Shown here: piece by piece, positions 1 through 7,597 of the stretch
Numbering within the stretch: position 1 is the first letter of the stretch
How the letters are laid out: each line of letters opens with the position of its first letter
The notes under the pieces: generated by a model
Seen by the model: the letters and a program-made list of their open reading frames with translations, nothing else
The model's database searches: none
Told to the model about the DNA's origin: nothing
Virus record (IMG/VR): IMGVR_UViG_3300012936_000109
Span: 1 to 29,355 of that record
Reading direction: 5' to 3' (one strand)
Length of the DNA stretch: 29,355 bases
Source of the DNA: a virus
Position numbers and translations under genes: made by a program

Positions 1-123
1 ACTAGCTCTGAGATTTAGCTCATTATATACATTCTCTGCATCAAAAGTAGATAGACCCTCTAGTCTGAATTGTTTCTCTATTTTCTCAGTAGTTTTTTTG
101 TCTTTAGCTTTTAGTAGCTCTAC
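1..123. repeat. Terminal direct repeat, copy 1 (identical to 29233..29355); circular-closure overlap or terminal redundancy
   Basis: I aligned bases 1-123 (actagctctgagattt...ttagtagctctac) by eye to the last 123 bases of the window. They match exactly. Confidence 0.95.
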
Positions 124-177
124 CTCCTTTTGCATCTCCTCTATAGTTCTAGGAGTTTTCTGATTTTCATTTTTCAT
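1..177 (-). CDS. Hypothetical protein, 5' part of an ORF spanning the circular junction (115 aa in total when joined to 29062..29232)
   Basis: ATG at 177-175 lies in the recurrent context ATCATGAAAAAT. The frame stays open for 59 codons to base 1 (MKNENQKTPRTIEEMQKEVELLKAKDKK...NLRAS) and continues in frame at 29232. Confidence 0.7.
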   Translation of the reverse strand, partial: MKNENQKTPRTIEEMQKEVELLKAKDKKTTEKIEKQFRLEGLSTFDAENVYNELNLRAS

Positions 178-203
178 GATTTTTTTATGTTTGATTTATA
201 CTG

Positions 204-245
204 ACTATGCATTTTTGCATAGTTTCGCCTGGTCATCATCCAGGC
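204..245 (-). other. Two tandem perfect hairpins in the late/early intergenic region (possible terminator, operator, ori or pac element)
   Basis: GCCTGG-tcatcat-CCAGGC at 227-245 has a 6-bp stem. aCTATGCA-tttt-TGCATAGt at 204-223 has a 7-8-bp stem. Neither is followed by a U-run on the transcribed strand. Confidence 0.45.
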
Positions 246-263
246 TCATCAGAGTATGTTATT

Positions 264-461
264 TTATAGTATCTCCCAGTCAATTACTTCTATTGACCAT
301 GGATTGTGACCGAATTGTATAGCACACAAATTGGATGCTTTCATTTTTGCATCCCATTCACATTCTGCTTCTACTGTGTAATCTATGCATGTTAATTTAT
401 CTGATTTACTCGGGTTTTCTTTGACCTCTACCTCTACTATGTATTCATATGTATTTCTCAT
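264..461 (-). CDS. Hypothetical small acidic protein (65 aa)
   Basis: ORF track entry with an ATG start, packed 2 nt from the upstream gene. I recognise no motif. Confidence 0.7.
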   Translation of the reverse strand: MRNTYEYIVEVEVKENPSKSDKLTCIDYTVEAECEWDAKMKASNLCAIQFGHNPWSIEVIDWEIL

Positions 462-463
462 GA

Positions 464-805
464 CTATTTATTTTGGGTTGATTTAATTAGCCTTTCTAAT
501 TCTCGTGCATAGGTCCAAGTGTTCCAGCTGTAGTAGCTATCAGTTGATATCATTTCCATTCTGTTTTTTGGGATTCTCAATCTCCAGCCATAGTATGTTC
601 CTCCTCCACTAGTGTGGTATCTGAGACCATTTTCTCTCCATTTAGTTTCACTCCATTCATCAAGATGATTTTCTATGTTTAGCTCATCTAAAAGTTTTGA
701 TATCATTTTTAGACTTGGAAATCTAGCTGGTCTTGTTCCAGTTTCTCTTGCTTTTAATTGTATTCTGTAATACGTTTTTTGAGATTGTTTTGATAGGTTT
801 TTCAT
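464..805 (-). CDS. Hypothetical protein (113 aa), W/Y/R-rich
   Basis: ORF track entry. The start lies in the recurrent 12-mer ATCATGAAAAAC. No family recognised. Confidence 0.75.
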   Translation of the reverse strand: MKNLSKQSQKTYYRIQLKARETGTRPARFPSLKMISKLLDELNIENHLDEWSETKWRENGLRYHTSGGGTYYGWRLRIPKNRMEMISTDSYYSWNTWTYARELERLIKSTQNK

Positions 806-807
806 GA

Positions 808-996
808 TTATTTATTTTGGATTGATAATTCAGATATTCTAGCTTCTATGTCAGACTGCATGTCTCTCAAATCTTTTTTAGATAATTGATACATATTCTG
901 TAGTGGAAAAAATATCATATCCTTTACCTTTTCTAGTAGAGTATTTAGCTCTGTGATATTGTATTTTTCTAGTTGTTTTTGTCTTTCGTTTTTCAT
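808..996 (-). CDS. Hypothetical protein (62 aa from ATG 996; the track's 1026 start is a GTG)
   Basis: The codon at 1026-1024 is GTG. ATG at 996 sits in the recurrent ATCATGAAAAAC context, about 30 nt downstream of a consensus Bacteroidota promoter. Confidence 0.7.
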   Translation of the reverse strand: MKNERQKQLEKYNITELNTLLEKVKDMIFFPLQNMYQLSKKDLRDMQSDIEARISELSIQNK

Positions 997-1025
997 GATA
1001 TATATGTTTTGATTTATGATGGTCA

Positions 1026-1058
1026 CAAAGATATATACATAAAAATATATAATCCAAA
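1026..1058 (-). promoter_or_regulatory. Bacteroidota-type sigma-A promoter (TTTG-N21-TATCTTTG)
   Basis: The minus strand reads TTTG (1058-1055), a 21-nt spacer, then TATCTTTG (1033-1026). This matches the published Bacteroides/Flavobacterium consensus TTTG-N19-21-TAnnTTTG and sits about 30 nt upstream of ATG 996. Confidence 0.6.
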
Positions 1059-1094
1059 TATTTTATAGTAAAATGTAAAACTACTAGATAAAAA

Positions 1095-1265
1095 CTACTG
1101 TTTTTTAGTCTTTAATTTTGCACAATTAGATGTATGTTTAGCCTGTGCTGTAGCTATTTTGTCTGGGTCTTTTGTCTTTTTTGCCTTTTGTAGCTGTCTG
1201 TATGATAGATTACATGCTTTGAGATAGGCTAATCTGGTATTTGTCCTGGTCTTTTTTTTGCTCAT
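1095..1265 (-). CDS. Small, highly basic hypothetical protein (56 aa), absent from the ORF track
   Basis: Manual translation: MSKKKTRTNTRLAYLKACNLSYRQLQKAKKTKDPDKIATAQAKHTSNCAKLKTKKQ*. Its ATG overlaps the TGA of the upstream phosphoesterase gene (ATGA), suggesting translational coupling. Confidence 0.5.
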   Translation of the reverse strand: MSKKKTRTNTRLAYLKACNLSYRQLQKAKKTKDPDKIATAQAKHTSNCAKLKTKKQ

Positions 1266-2002
1266 GACCCTAGATGTTGAGGTATTATGACTGGTATCTG
1301 TCCATTATCTAGTATTACAGCACATGATATGATATACTTTTTAGTAAAATTCTTAGCATAAGCCATAGCATATGATTTGTCATTTACACCTACACCAGTC
1401 TGGACAGCAAAGCATCTCCTATCTTTGTCTACTTTCCACATAATTGTAGCCTCTGTATGTAGATGTCCCTGTACAACAGACATCCCCCAGTTTACCATCC
1501 TATTATATGCAGCCTTTAGACCACTACTACCAGTACCATGTGTATAGTATACATTGTCATATACAAAATGGTCATCAAATGTCCACCCTGGAGTACCTAG
1601 GACCTCATCATAGTCTCTAATCCATCTATTTGATACACCAGCATCAAAGCTCTTTCTAGCTATAATAGCATCATGATTGCCAATGCATACATCTGCTACT
1701 GGAAATGCTTTGTACCATTCCTGTATCTGGTCTATAGCTCTCTGTAGCTCCTCTCCAGCTGAGTAGCCATCTGGGTCTGTAGGATGAAATGAGGAATAAT
1801 GGTTGTCTATTAAATCTCCTATAAAAATTACATGAGATATATTGTACTTTTTATAGACATCTAGACAGTGCTCAAGATATCCCTTTTTTATAAAAGGAGC
1901 ATGGAGGTCCCCAATGACCATAATATTTCTAGTACTACTCTCTCTATGTTTTTTGATGATGTCATACTCCTCAGATGTTAGTCTGTATTGTTTGTTTGCC
2001 AT
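1262..2002 (-). CDS. Calcineurin-like metallophosphoesterase
   Basis: The canonical metallophosphatase motifs occur in order: GDLHAP, GDLIDN, GNHD, GHLH. Confidence 0.8.
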   Translation of the reverse strand: MANKQYRLTSEEYDIIKKHRESSTRNIMVIGDLHAPFIKKGYLEHCLDVYKKYNISHVIFIGDLIDNHYSSFHPTDPDGYSAGEELQRAIDQIQEWYKAFPVADVCIGNHDAIIARKSFDAGVSNRWIRDYDEVLGTPGWTFDDHFVYDNVYYTHGTGSSGLKAAYNRMVNWGMSVVQGHLHTEATIMWKVDKDRRCFAVQTGVGVNDKSYAMAYAKNFTKKYIISCAVILDNGQIPVIIPQHLGS

Positions 2003-2016
2003 ATGTCAAATATATA

Positions 2017-2044
2017 GACATGCACCCCTCATAGAATGCATGTC
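2017..2044 (-). terminator. Inverted repeat after the lysis cassette (possible terminator), followed by a TATATTTG box at 2014-2007
   Basis: GACATGCA (2017-2024) pairs with TGCATGTC (2037-2044) around a 12-nt loop. On the minus strand it is followed by UAUAUAUUUG. The -7-like box lies only 4 nt from ATG 2002, so its promoter role is doubtful. Confidence 0.35.
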
Positions 2045-2071
2045 ATATTTTATTTATTCACTGTATGATGT

Positions 2072-2257
2072 TTATTTCTTTTTAGATATATCAGCTACTC
2101 CCTGTGCTCCAGTCAATGCGACTAGTGCCCAGAATATCTCACTAACAGCATCCTCAGTAACACCTAGTGCTCTGGCAATAGTAGGGATGACCATAGCTGC
2201 TATAGTATACCATACTTTCTTAGATTTTAAAATTGTGTAGATTAAATACTCTTTCAT
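2072..2257 (-). CDS. Small membrane protein, holin-like (61 aa)
   Basis: Hydrophobic segments VWYTIAAMVIPTIARALGV and IFWALVALTGAQGVA plus a charged C-terminal KKK. It lies directly downstream of the endolysin gene. Confidence 0.55.
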   Translation of the reverse strand: MKEYLIYTILKSKKVWYTIAAMVIPTIARALGVTEDAVSEIFWALVALTGAQGVADISKKK

Positions 2258-2274
2258 TTTATATATAATTTTGG

Positions 2275-2703
2275 TTAATACTCATATCCCCATAGTATGT
2301 CCTGTGACTTTTTATCATCACAGTCTACATGGATAAAATTCTTGCCTAAACCCAGTCTTCTAAACCCGACTGACATTAGACCTTTTAATATTCTGTATTT
2401 TTCATAATTGCCTTTGTATGCTATGTCAGCTGCTAAACCTTTGAGATGACTAGACCCAACACGACCTCCAACTTTCTCATTGTGCTGCACTGTTCTGTAA
2501 CCACTAGTTATTACAAATGGTACATCAGCTCTGTCTCTCGCCTCATCCAAATCTACCAAAAACATAGAGCACATTTCTGAGCCAGAGCCAGGCAAATCTG
2601 GACTTGCAAACTCACTAATTTTAAACCATTTTAGACCTATTTCTTCTAAATCTGGACAATCGTATTTTTCGCTATTTTTAGCCTCTCTGTTGCATTTACA
2701 CAT
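2275..2703 (-). CDS. Endolysin, peptidase M15 (zinc D-Ala-D-Ala carboxypeptidase/VanY-like) family
   Basis: SGYRT...SSHLKGLAADI...FIHVD matches the H-x-D...H zinc-ligand pattern of M15 peptidases. Small membrane-protein ORFs flank it. Confidence 0.8.
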   Translation of the reverse strand: MCKCNREAKNSEKYDCPDLEEIGLKWFKISEFASPDLPGSGSEMCSMFLVDLDEARDRADVPFVITSGYRTVQHNEKVGGRVGSSHLKGLAADIAYKGNYEKYRILKGLMSVGFRRLGLGKNFIHVDCDDKKSQDILWGYEY

Positions 2704-2759
2704 ATCTGTAGTATATTAGTATCAAAAACTTTAGTTCGTAGAAACACTAGATAACAGCA

Positions 2760-2930
2760 TCACTTATTTTTCTTTCTATAGTACCACCATCTGTCAGCTG
2801 TATATGCTATAGAAATGACTAATAAAAGTATCTTTAAAATCAACTCTAAGTCAGTTAAACACAGTGCAAATGATGTACTATTTACTGTCAGTACTGGTCC
2901 TATTTCTTCTACTATTCTCTTTCCTGGCAT
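2760..2930 (-). CDS. Tail-anchored small membrane protein (56 aa), possible holin/antiholin/spanin-like; absent from the ORF track
   Basis: Manual translation: MPGKRIVEEIGPVLTVNSTSFALCLTDLELILKILLLVISIAYTADRWWYYRKKNK*. It has a C-terminal TM helix plus a basic tail and sits just upstream of the endolysin. Confidence 0.45.
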   Translation of the reverse strand: MPGKRIVEEIGPVLTVNSTSFALCLTDLELILKILLLVISIAYTADRWWYYRKKNK

Positions 2931-3015
2931 TGCTTTTTTCCTTTTTTTGGAGATACTTTTTTAGTGCTATCTCATTATTATTTTTAGTATATTTAGTAAT
3001 CTTTATATTCATATT

Positions 3016-3594
3016 CTAGTATTGTAGGTCAGCATCTAAAAAGTCATTCAGTGATATATTAGTCATCCTCCTATGTAGACCCTGTATCCTCTTGTCTAGA
3101 TTCATAGCTGAGCTATATGCATATTTCTGTGGTGTAATATCCTCATTTGTATTTGTAGTATACTCTGGATATGATGAGTTATTATGTTTTAGATAGTCTA
3201 CTAATCTCTTTCTAAACCACTCAGCTGTATCCAGCACACTATGTCTGAGGTCCTGCAGCTCCTCTCTAGTTATAGGAGATGCATTGTCTGAGCTTTTTAG
3301 CATCACTCCCTTATTCATCACTTTATAGTGCATATATGGTAGTGCCTCATAGAATGCATAGTGACATAGTGTATCTGCTACATATGTATTTATCAGTGTA
3401 GCATATACTCCAGATAGTGTACCTCCAGTGATTTCACTCTGACATTTCTCATAGAGGTCTGTACCTAGAGATGTCTCTATATATTTCCTCTGTGCTATTT
3501 TTAAATATGGTAATAAAAATTCTACATCTACATTGTTTGTAATACTAGTAGTCTCTTTTAATCTTTGCTCTGATACAAATAGTGCATAACTCAT
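3016..3594 (-). CDS. Virion-associated hypothetical protein (possible head-tail adaptor)
   Basis: ORF directly downstream of the portal. Its N-terminal region loosely resembles gp6-like connector proteins. This is a weak similarity judged from memory only. Confidence 0.3.
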   Translation of the reverse strand: MSYALFVSEQRLKETTSITNNVDVEFLLPYLKIAQRKYIETSLGTDLYEKCQSEITGGTLSGVYATLINTYVADTLCHYAFYEALPYMHYKVMNKGVMLKSSDNASPITREELQDLRHSVLDTAEWFRKRLVDYLKHNNSSYPEYTTNTNEDITPQKYAYSSAMNLDKRIQGLHRRMTNISLNDFLDADLQY

Positions 3595-3606
3595 TGTCTA
3601 TATTTT

Positions 3607-5802
3607 TTATGTTAAACCTCCTCTATTAGGCATATCTATTGGAGCTACTGGTACCTCCTGTGGGTTTGGCTCTGGTCTGAAACCCTGTCTCCTAGCCTCA
3701 CTAGTAGATACTACCTCATCATCATTTATAGCTCTATTACCTTTTTGTAGGTAAATTTTTCTAAACCATTTGTGATAACAGTATTTTCCTCCTTTGTATT
3801 TCCATATGCTGTATGTGTTCTTTCCATTAGGTCCCCATCCTGGATTGACAGCCATTCTACTCATAGCTAGTATATCTTCTTTTCTATATACTTTTCCTGC
3901 AGCCATCATAGCTTTGCAAAATGGTCTTTCTGGAGATTGACTACCAGTGTATATATATCTAACTCTAAATAACTGTCCATCTCTACCAGTACCATCCTGC
4001 TTTGATTTCCTATTAGGATATCCTTTTCCAGTTTTTACAGCCATGTCTACTCTACCACTATTTAGTTTAGCCTCATAATCCTCATCCTCAGTTTCATCCT
4101 CAACTGTCTCCTCAGAGATTAACTCATAGTCTTTGAGTATATCCTCCTCATACTCCCCAAAAGTCGCTAAAAACTCATCTAACACGCTATTAGAGGACAG
4201 CTCAGACTTCATAGGAACACAGTTAGGTACTTTTTTACCTCTTTTTATTTTATGTCCATATGGCTCATAGCCAGGTTGACATGGATTAGGAGATATCAAA
4301 TCTGTCTGACTACAGTCCTCACAGCTGAGCTCCATAATCTGTTCATGATTTTCACAGGGCATATAGTAGGTAGTACCATCCATAGTATGTTCATGATAAC
4401 CTGTACAACCCATACTCTCTGCTTTAGCCTCTGCCTCCTCTATAGTATCATATAGTGGTAACTCTATACCATCTGTAATCATGCTACCTACCTTTGAATA
4501 CTCATATCTTTTGTATCTCTTTTTCTTCTTTTTACCTTTTTTATACAGTTCCTGCTCATCTGCAACAGTATCATCCTCATCAGCTAGTGCTGGTAATCCT
4601 AGCTCCTCTCTCAGCTCATCTACAGTCATGACCTCTTTGAGTACATCAGCTCCAAATTTATTGTTCATAGGTGCTGATTTCTGTATAGATATAGATAGAT
4701 TTATATCATTTATATCTAGTATATGTCTGATACATTTTAGTATTACATCCTGGAATGGAGATATTACTGTATTGTGATACAGCTCATATGCATCTAATAG
4801 CTCTGTTCTACCTCCTAGCTGTCCCTCTGTTTTTACACCTAGTAGCATTGGAGATGTAACTCTATGTGCAATCATGATATTCTGTATAACTAGCTTGTTT
4901 AACACCTCATATTGTTTGTCTGCATCTGATAGTGATATAGGCTGTAGTGTAGGCTCTCTAGATTTATCATCAGAAAATGTCAGTACAAATTTACCTGCAT
5001 TACTAGCTCCAGTAAATTTTTGCTGTATCTTTTTTTCTAGCTCATATCTCTCCTCCTCAGTAGGTATACCATTATTAAAGTTTATCCAAAAGTTAGGAGA
5101 AAAGCCATTTCTAATATTTGACAGATGGAATTCTGATATTAACTGGTCAGTTAAACACCAGTTTGTACCTGCTTGATAGTCTGGAGTATGGTATATTTCC
5201 ATACCTGGAGAGTACATCCCTTTGTACAGTAGCTGTGATGGCTTTGACCTATCACTAGGGTTAAATGCTGCTACTGGTTTTGGTATATATCCAGTCTGTC
5301 TATATTTACTCCAGTCAGCTGACAGCCAGTACTCATCTACCTGTCCCCACTCATTGAGCTTTCCACATCTAACTCTCTCTACTGGTACATGATAAATCTC
5401 AGATATTGTAGTTCTATCCTGGCTCCATATGATGTTTAGTGCAAACCCACCCTGTAATTTTAGGTCAAATGATATTTTTTTTAGGACCTCATGTAGTGTT
5501 TCCTTTCTATTTGCCTGTGCTAAAAATTTTTTCAGCTTGACATATGCATCCAGATTATCCTCAGCTCCATCATCTACTACTATATTGTCTCCAGCAATCA
5601 TAGCACTAGTAGCATTTACTACAGCTGCATGTGTAGGAGAGCTATTATATAGGTCTATGATAAACTGTGGATACTGGTTTTTATATGCTCCAGTACCATA
5701 CTGTACCCAGTTATCAGCTGCACTCTCTGATATGTGAGGTGCTGTCTGTTGGTCTAGATAGACCTGCATTAGAGGTGGTATTTTATTAGTTTTCTTTGCC
5801 AT
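3607..5802 (-). CDS. Portal protein fused to a Cys/His-rich module and a MuF/SPP1-gp7-like minor head domain (731 aa)
   Basis: The N-terminal ~420 aa is portal-like. A lysine run KKGKKKKKRYKRY and a GCTGYHEHTMDGTTYYMPCENH...C..C...C...C module follow. The C-terminus ERPFCKAMMAAGKVYRKEDI...NPGWG...YKGGKYCYHKW resembles MuF-type head morphogenesis domains. Confidence 0.65.
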   Translation of the reverse strand: MAKKTNKIPPLMQVYLDQQTAPHISESAADNWVQYGTGAYKNQYPQFIIDLYNSSPTHAAVVNATSAMIAGDNIVVDDGAEDNLDAYVKLKKFLAQANRKETLHEVLKKISFDLKLQGGFALNIIWSQDRTTISEIYHVPVERVRCGKLNEWGQVDEYWLSADWSKYRQTGYIPKPVAAFNPSDRSKPSQLLYKGMYSPGMEIYHTPDYQAGTNWCLTDQLISEFHLSNIRNGFSPNFWINFNNGIPTEEERYELEKKIQQKFTGASNAGKFVLTFSDDKSREPTLQPISLSDADKQYEVLNKLVIQNIMIAHRVTSPMLLGVKTEGQLGGRTELLDAYELYHNTVISPFQDVILKCIRHILDINDINLSISIQKSAPMNNKFGADVLKEVMTVDELREELGLPALADEDDTVADEQELYKKGKKKKKRYKRYEYSKVGSMITDGIELPLYDTIEEAEAKAESMGCTGYHEHTMDGTTYYMPCENHEQIMELSCEDCSQTDLISPNPCQPGYEPYGHKIKRGKKVPNCVPMKSELSSNSVLDEFLATFGEYEEDILKDYELISEETVEDETEDEDYEAKLNSGRVDMAVKTGKGYPNRKSKQDGTGRDGQLFRVRYIYTGSQSPERPFCKAMMAAGKVYRKEDILAMSRMAVNPGWGPNGKNTYSIWKYKGGKYCYHKWFRKIYLQKGNRAINDDEVVSTSEARRQGFRPEPNPQEVPVAPIDMPNRGGLT

Positions 5803-5804
5803 AA

Positions 5805-6551
5805 TTATTGTATCATTTGTACTCTAGTATCATCTATTGAACGTATCACTGCTAATACAGTTGCTAGTTCTGAACAGCTGTATATGATTATCTGTCCTAT
5901 ATCTCCTATAAAATCATTTATTTGATTATTTCTACAGCCTATAGTATCTATGTCTAGTGGTTTTGTACCACTAAATGATGCTTGATTACCCTGTCTTACA
6001 CCATCTATATATACTGACATAGTACCACTAGTCCTAGTTATTACTATTCCTACTGGGTCTCCATCTGGTAAACTATCATCTAGCACTACAGTTCTCAGCT
6101 GACCATCTGCCTTTACCTCTACCTCCTCTATGTTTTTGATTCTAATAAAATCATTTGCACTACTAGCATCTGCTATAGTGACTAGATTACTCACAGTATC
6201 TGCACTCATTTTAACAGCAAAGCCTATAGTAAAATCATCATGAATAGTCAGATGTGGTGCTGTACCTAACATCTCCATGTTCTCATTATTTCCATCAAAA
6301 CTGTATCCATATCCAGTCCAACTTGGTTGTGCTGCATCTGTTAATTGTATAAAATCTCTACCTTTATCAGAGCTATCTTTCCATCTATTGATTTGTCCAG
6401 GTACACCAGCACCTGGATTAGATAATAAATGACTAGCCAGTTCCAAATTTAACTCATATGTTTCTGGAACACAATCTCCAGCTGGATGATTATCCGTGGT
6501 AGTAGCTATCCTATTTATAGATAGTTTCTGTGATAGACTTAAATAAGCCAT
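5805..6551 (-). CDS. LamG/concanavalin-A-like lectin domain virion protein
   Basis: DFTIGFAVKM...DFIRIKN...GIVITRTSGTMSVYIDGVRQGN...IGCRNNQINDFIGDIGQIIIYS is typical of Laminin_G_3-type domains. The start overlaps the upstream stop (TAATG). Confidence 0.55.
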   Translation of the reverse strand: MAYLSLSQKLSINRIATTTDNHPAGDCVPETYELNLELASHLLSNPGAGVPGQINRWKDSSDKGRDFIQLTDAAQPSWTGYGYSFDGNNENMEMLGTAPHLTIHDDFTIGFAVKMSADTVSNLVTIADASSANDFIRIKNIEEVEVKADGQLRTVVLDDSLPDGDPVGIVITRTSGTMSVYIDGVRQGNQASFSGTKPLDIDTIGCRNNQINDFIGDIGQIIIYSCSELATVLAVIRSIDDTRVQMIQ

Positions 6552-6838
6552 TACTCAGCTGTATCAAAATCATGCTCAGTATAGCACATAGCTATACCAG
6601 ATGTGATTGTTATAGCTGTAACTCTACAGAAGAATGTAGTGCCAGCTGGAAATGTATCTATTAGTTTACTCTCAGCTGAGCCATCAATACTGATAGCTGA
6701 AACTGTAGTGGCTTTAGGAAAGTATACTGCATAGTAGTCTTTGCCTGTTAAACCTCCACTACTCGCATTTATGACATCTACAGAGCCTTTGCCTAGTTGC
6801 TCTCTCAAAAGGGTATTATTACTGTCTGCTAAACTCAT
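6551..6838 (-). CDS. Hypothetical small structural-module protein (95 aa)
   Basis: ORF track entry with tight packing in the structural module. No motif recognised. Confidence 0.7.
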   Translation of the reverse strand: MSLADSNNTLLREQLGKGSVDVINASSGGLTGKDYYAVYFPKATTVSAISIDGSAESKLIDTFPAGTTFFCRVTAITITSGIAMCYTEHDFDTAE

Positions 6839-6848
6839 TTTTTATATA

Positions 6849-7424
6849 TTAATTAATGTGAATAAAATTATTTGTTGCATCTATCTGACTGCTAGTTATT
6901 TTGTTTGTATGTGCTGTATATGATACCTCTCCATCTGGTAAATCTCTAGTAGTTTTTCCTGCTGTTGTAGTACCATTGAGTATAGCTGTATACTGTGCTG
7001 GAGATAATACTAGAGCTTTTCCTCTATCTACCTCTCTGTATATAAATGGACCTTTGGTATTAGGATTGCTACCTGGAGAGTTATATACACTCTGTGGTGG
7101 ATATACACCTCCAATCTGATTTTCATATAGTCTATATGAGTAGTATCCTCTCTCTGATAGTGTTATTAGGCTCAGAGCACTAGTACCAGATTCCTGTGCT
7201 AGAAATGTACCATGTAGTTTACTGCCTACTTTATGTATAGCACTACTACCATTTGCCTGTAGTTTTAACAGCTCTACTCCTACACTCTCTCTAGTCATAT
7301 CATTTGTCAGATGTAGAAATAGTGAACGGTCTGGTTGTGTACTACCAGCTGGACCCCAGCCACTGATGACATGGTCTGCACTAAACACTACATTGTTTAC
7401 TCCATTATCTACTAGTAGTAGCAT
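6849..7424 (-). CDS. Hypothetical structural-module protein (191 aa)
   Basis: ORF track entry. No motif recognised. Confidence 0.7.
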   Translation of the reverse strand: MLLLVDNGVNNVVFSADHVISGWGPAGSTQPDRSLFLHLTNDMTRESVGVELLKLQANGSSAIHKVGSKLHGTFLAQESGTSALSLITLSERGYYSYRLYENQIGGVYPPQSVYNSPGSNPNTKGPFIYREVDRGKALVLSPAQYTAILNGTTTAGKTTRDLPDGEVSYTAHTNKITSSQIDATNNFIHIN

Positions 7425-7426
7425 AT

Positions 7427-7597
7427 TTATTTAGACTTTTTTTTAGGTTTTACCTCCTCAAAGTACTCATCATATCCATCATCTATCAGCATAATAATCT
7501 GAGACTGTGATAGGTCAGCTAGTTTTACTACTTTCACTCCTGGACATATGCTACTCTCAGCATATATATCTTTCACTTTGTAGGTCTTTTTACTCAT
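7427..7597 (-). CDS. Small hypothetical protein (56 aa), absent from the ORF track
   Basis: Base-by-base translation: MSKKTYKVKDIYAESSICPGVKVVKLADLSQSQIIMLIDDGYDEYFEEVKPKKKSK*. Its TAA lies 2 nt from the next gene's ATG, and it fills most of an otherwise 277-nt gap. Confidence 0.5.
   Translation of the reverse strand: MSKKTYKVKDIYAESSICPGVKVVKLADLSQSQIIMLIDDGYDEYFEEVKPKKKSK

Noticed and set aside
1-123. The end repeat as a mobile-element LTR/IR or a biological tandem duplication
   Set aside because: The repeat sits exactly at both window ends, and an ORF continues seamlessly across it. That is what a circular assembly overlap or terminal redundancy produces. There is no transposase or target-site duplication.
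186-193. A plus-strand TATGTTTG (Bacteroidota -7-like box)
   Set aside because: It points rightward into a region with no credible plus-strand gene. It is probably a chance match in AT-rich DNA.
808-1026. The 72-aa version of this ORF starting at 1026
   Set aside because: The codon at 1026 is GTG and overlaps the -7 promoter box. ATG 996 has the recurrent ATCATGAAAAAC context and a sensible distance from the promoter.
2884-3012. A 42-aa K/N-rich minus-strand ORF (MNIKITKYTKNNNEIALKKYLQKKEKSNARKENSRRNRTSTDSK)
   Set aside because: It is low-complexity and overlaps the more plausible TM-containing ORF 2760-2930 in another frame. Nothing supports it.
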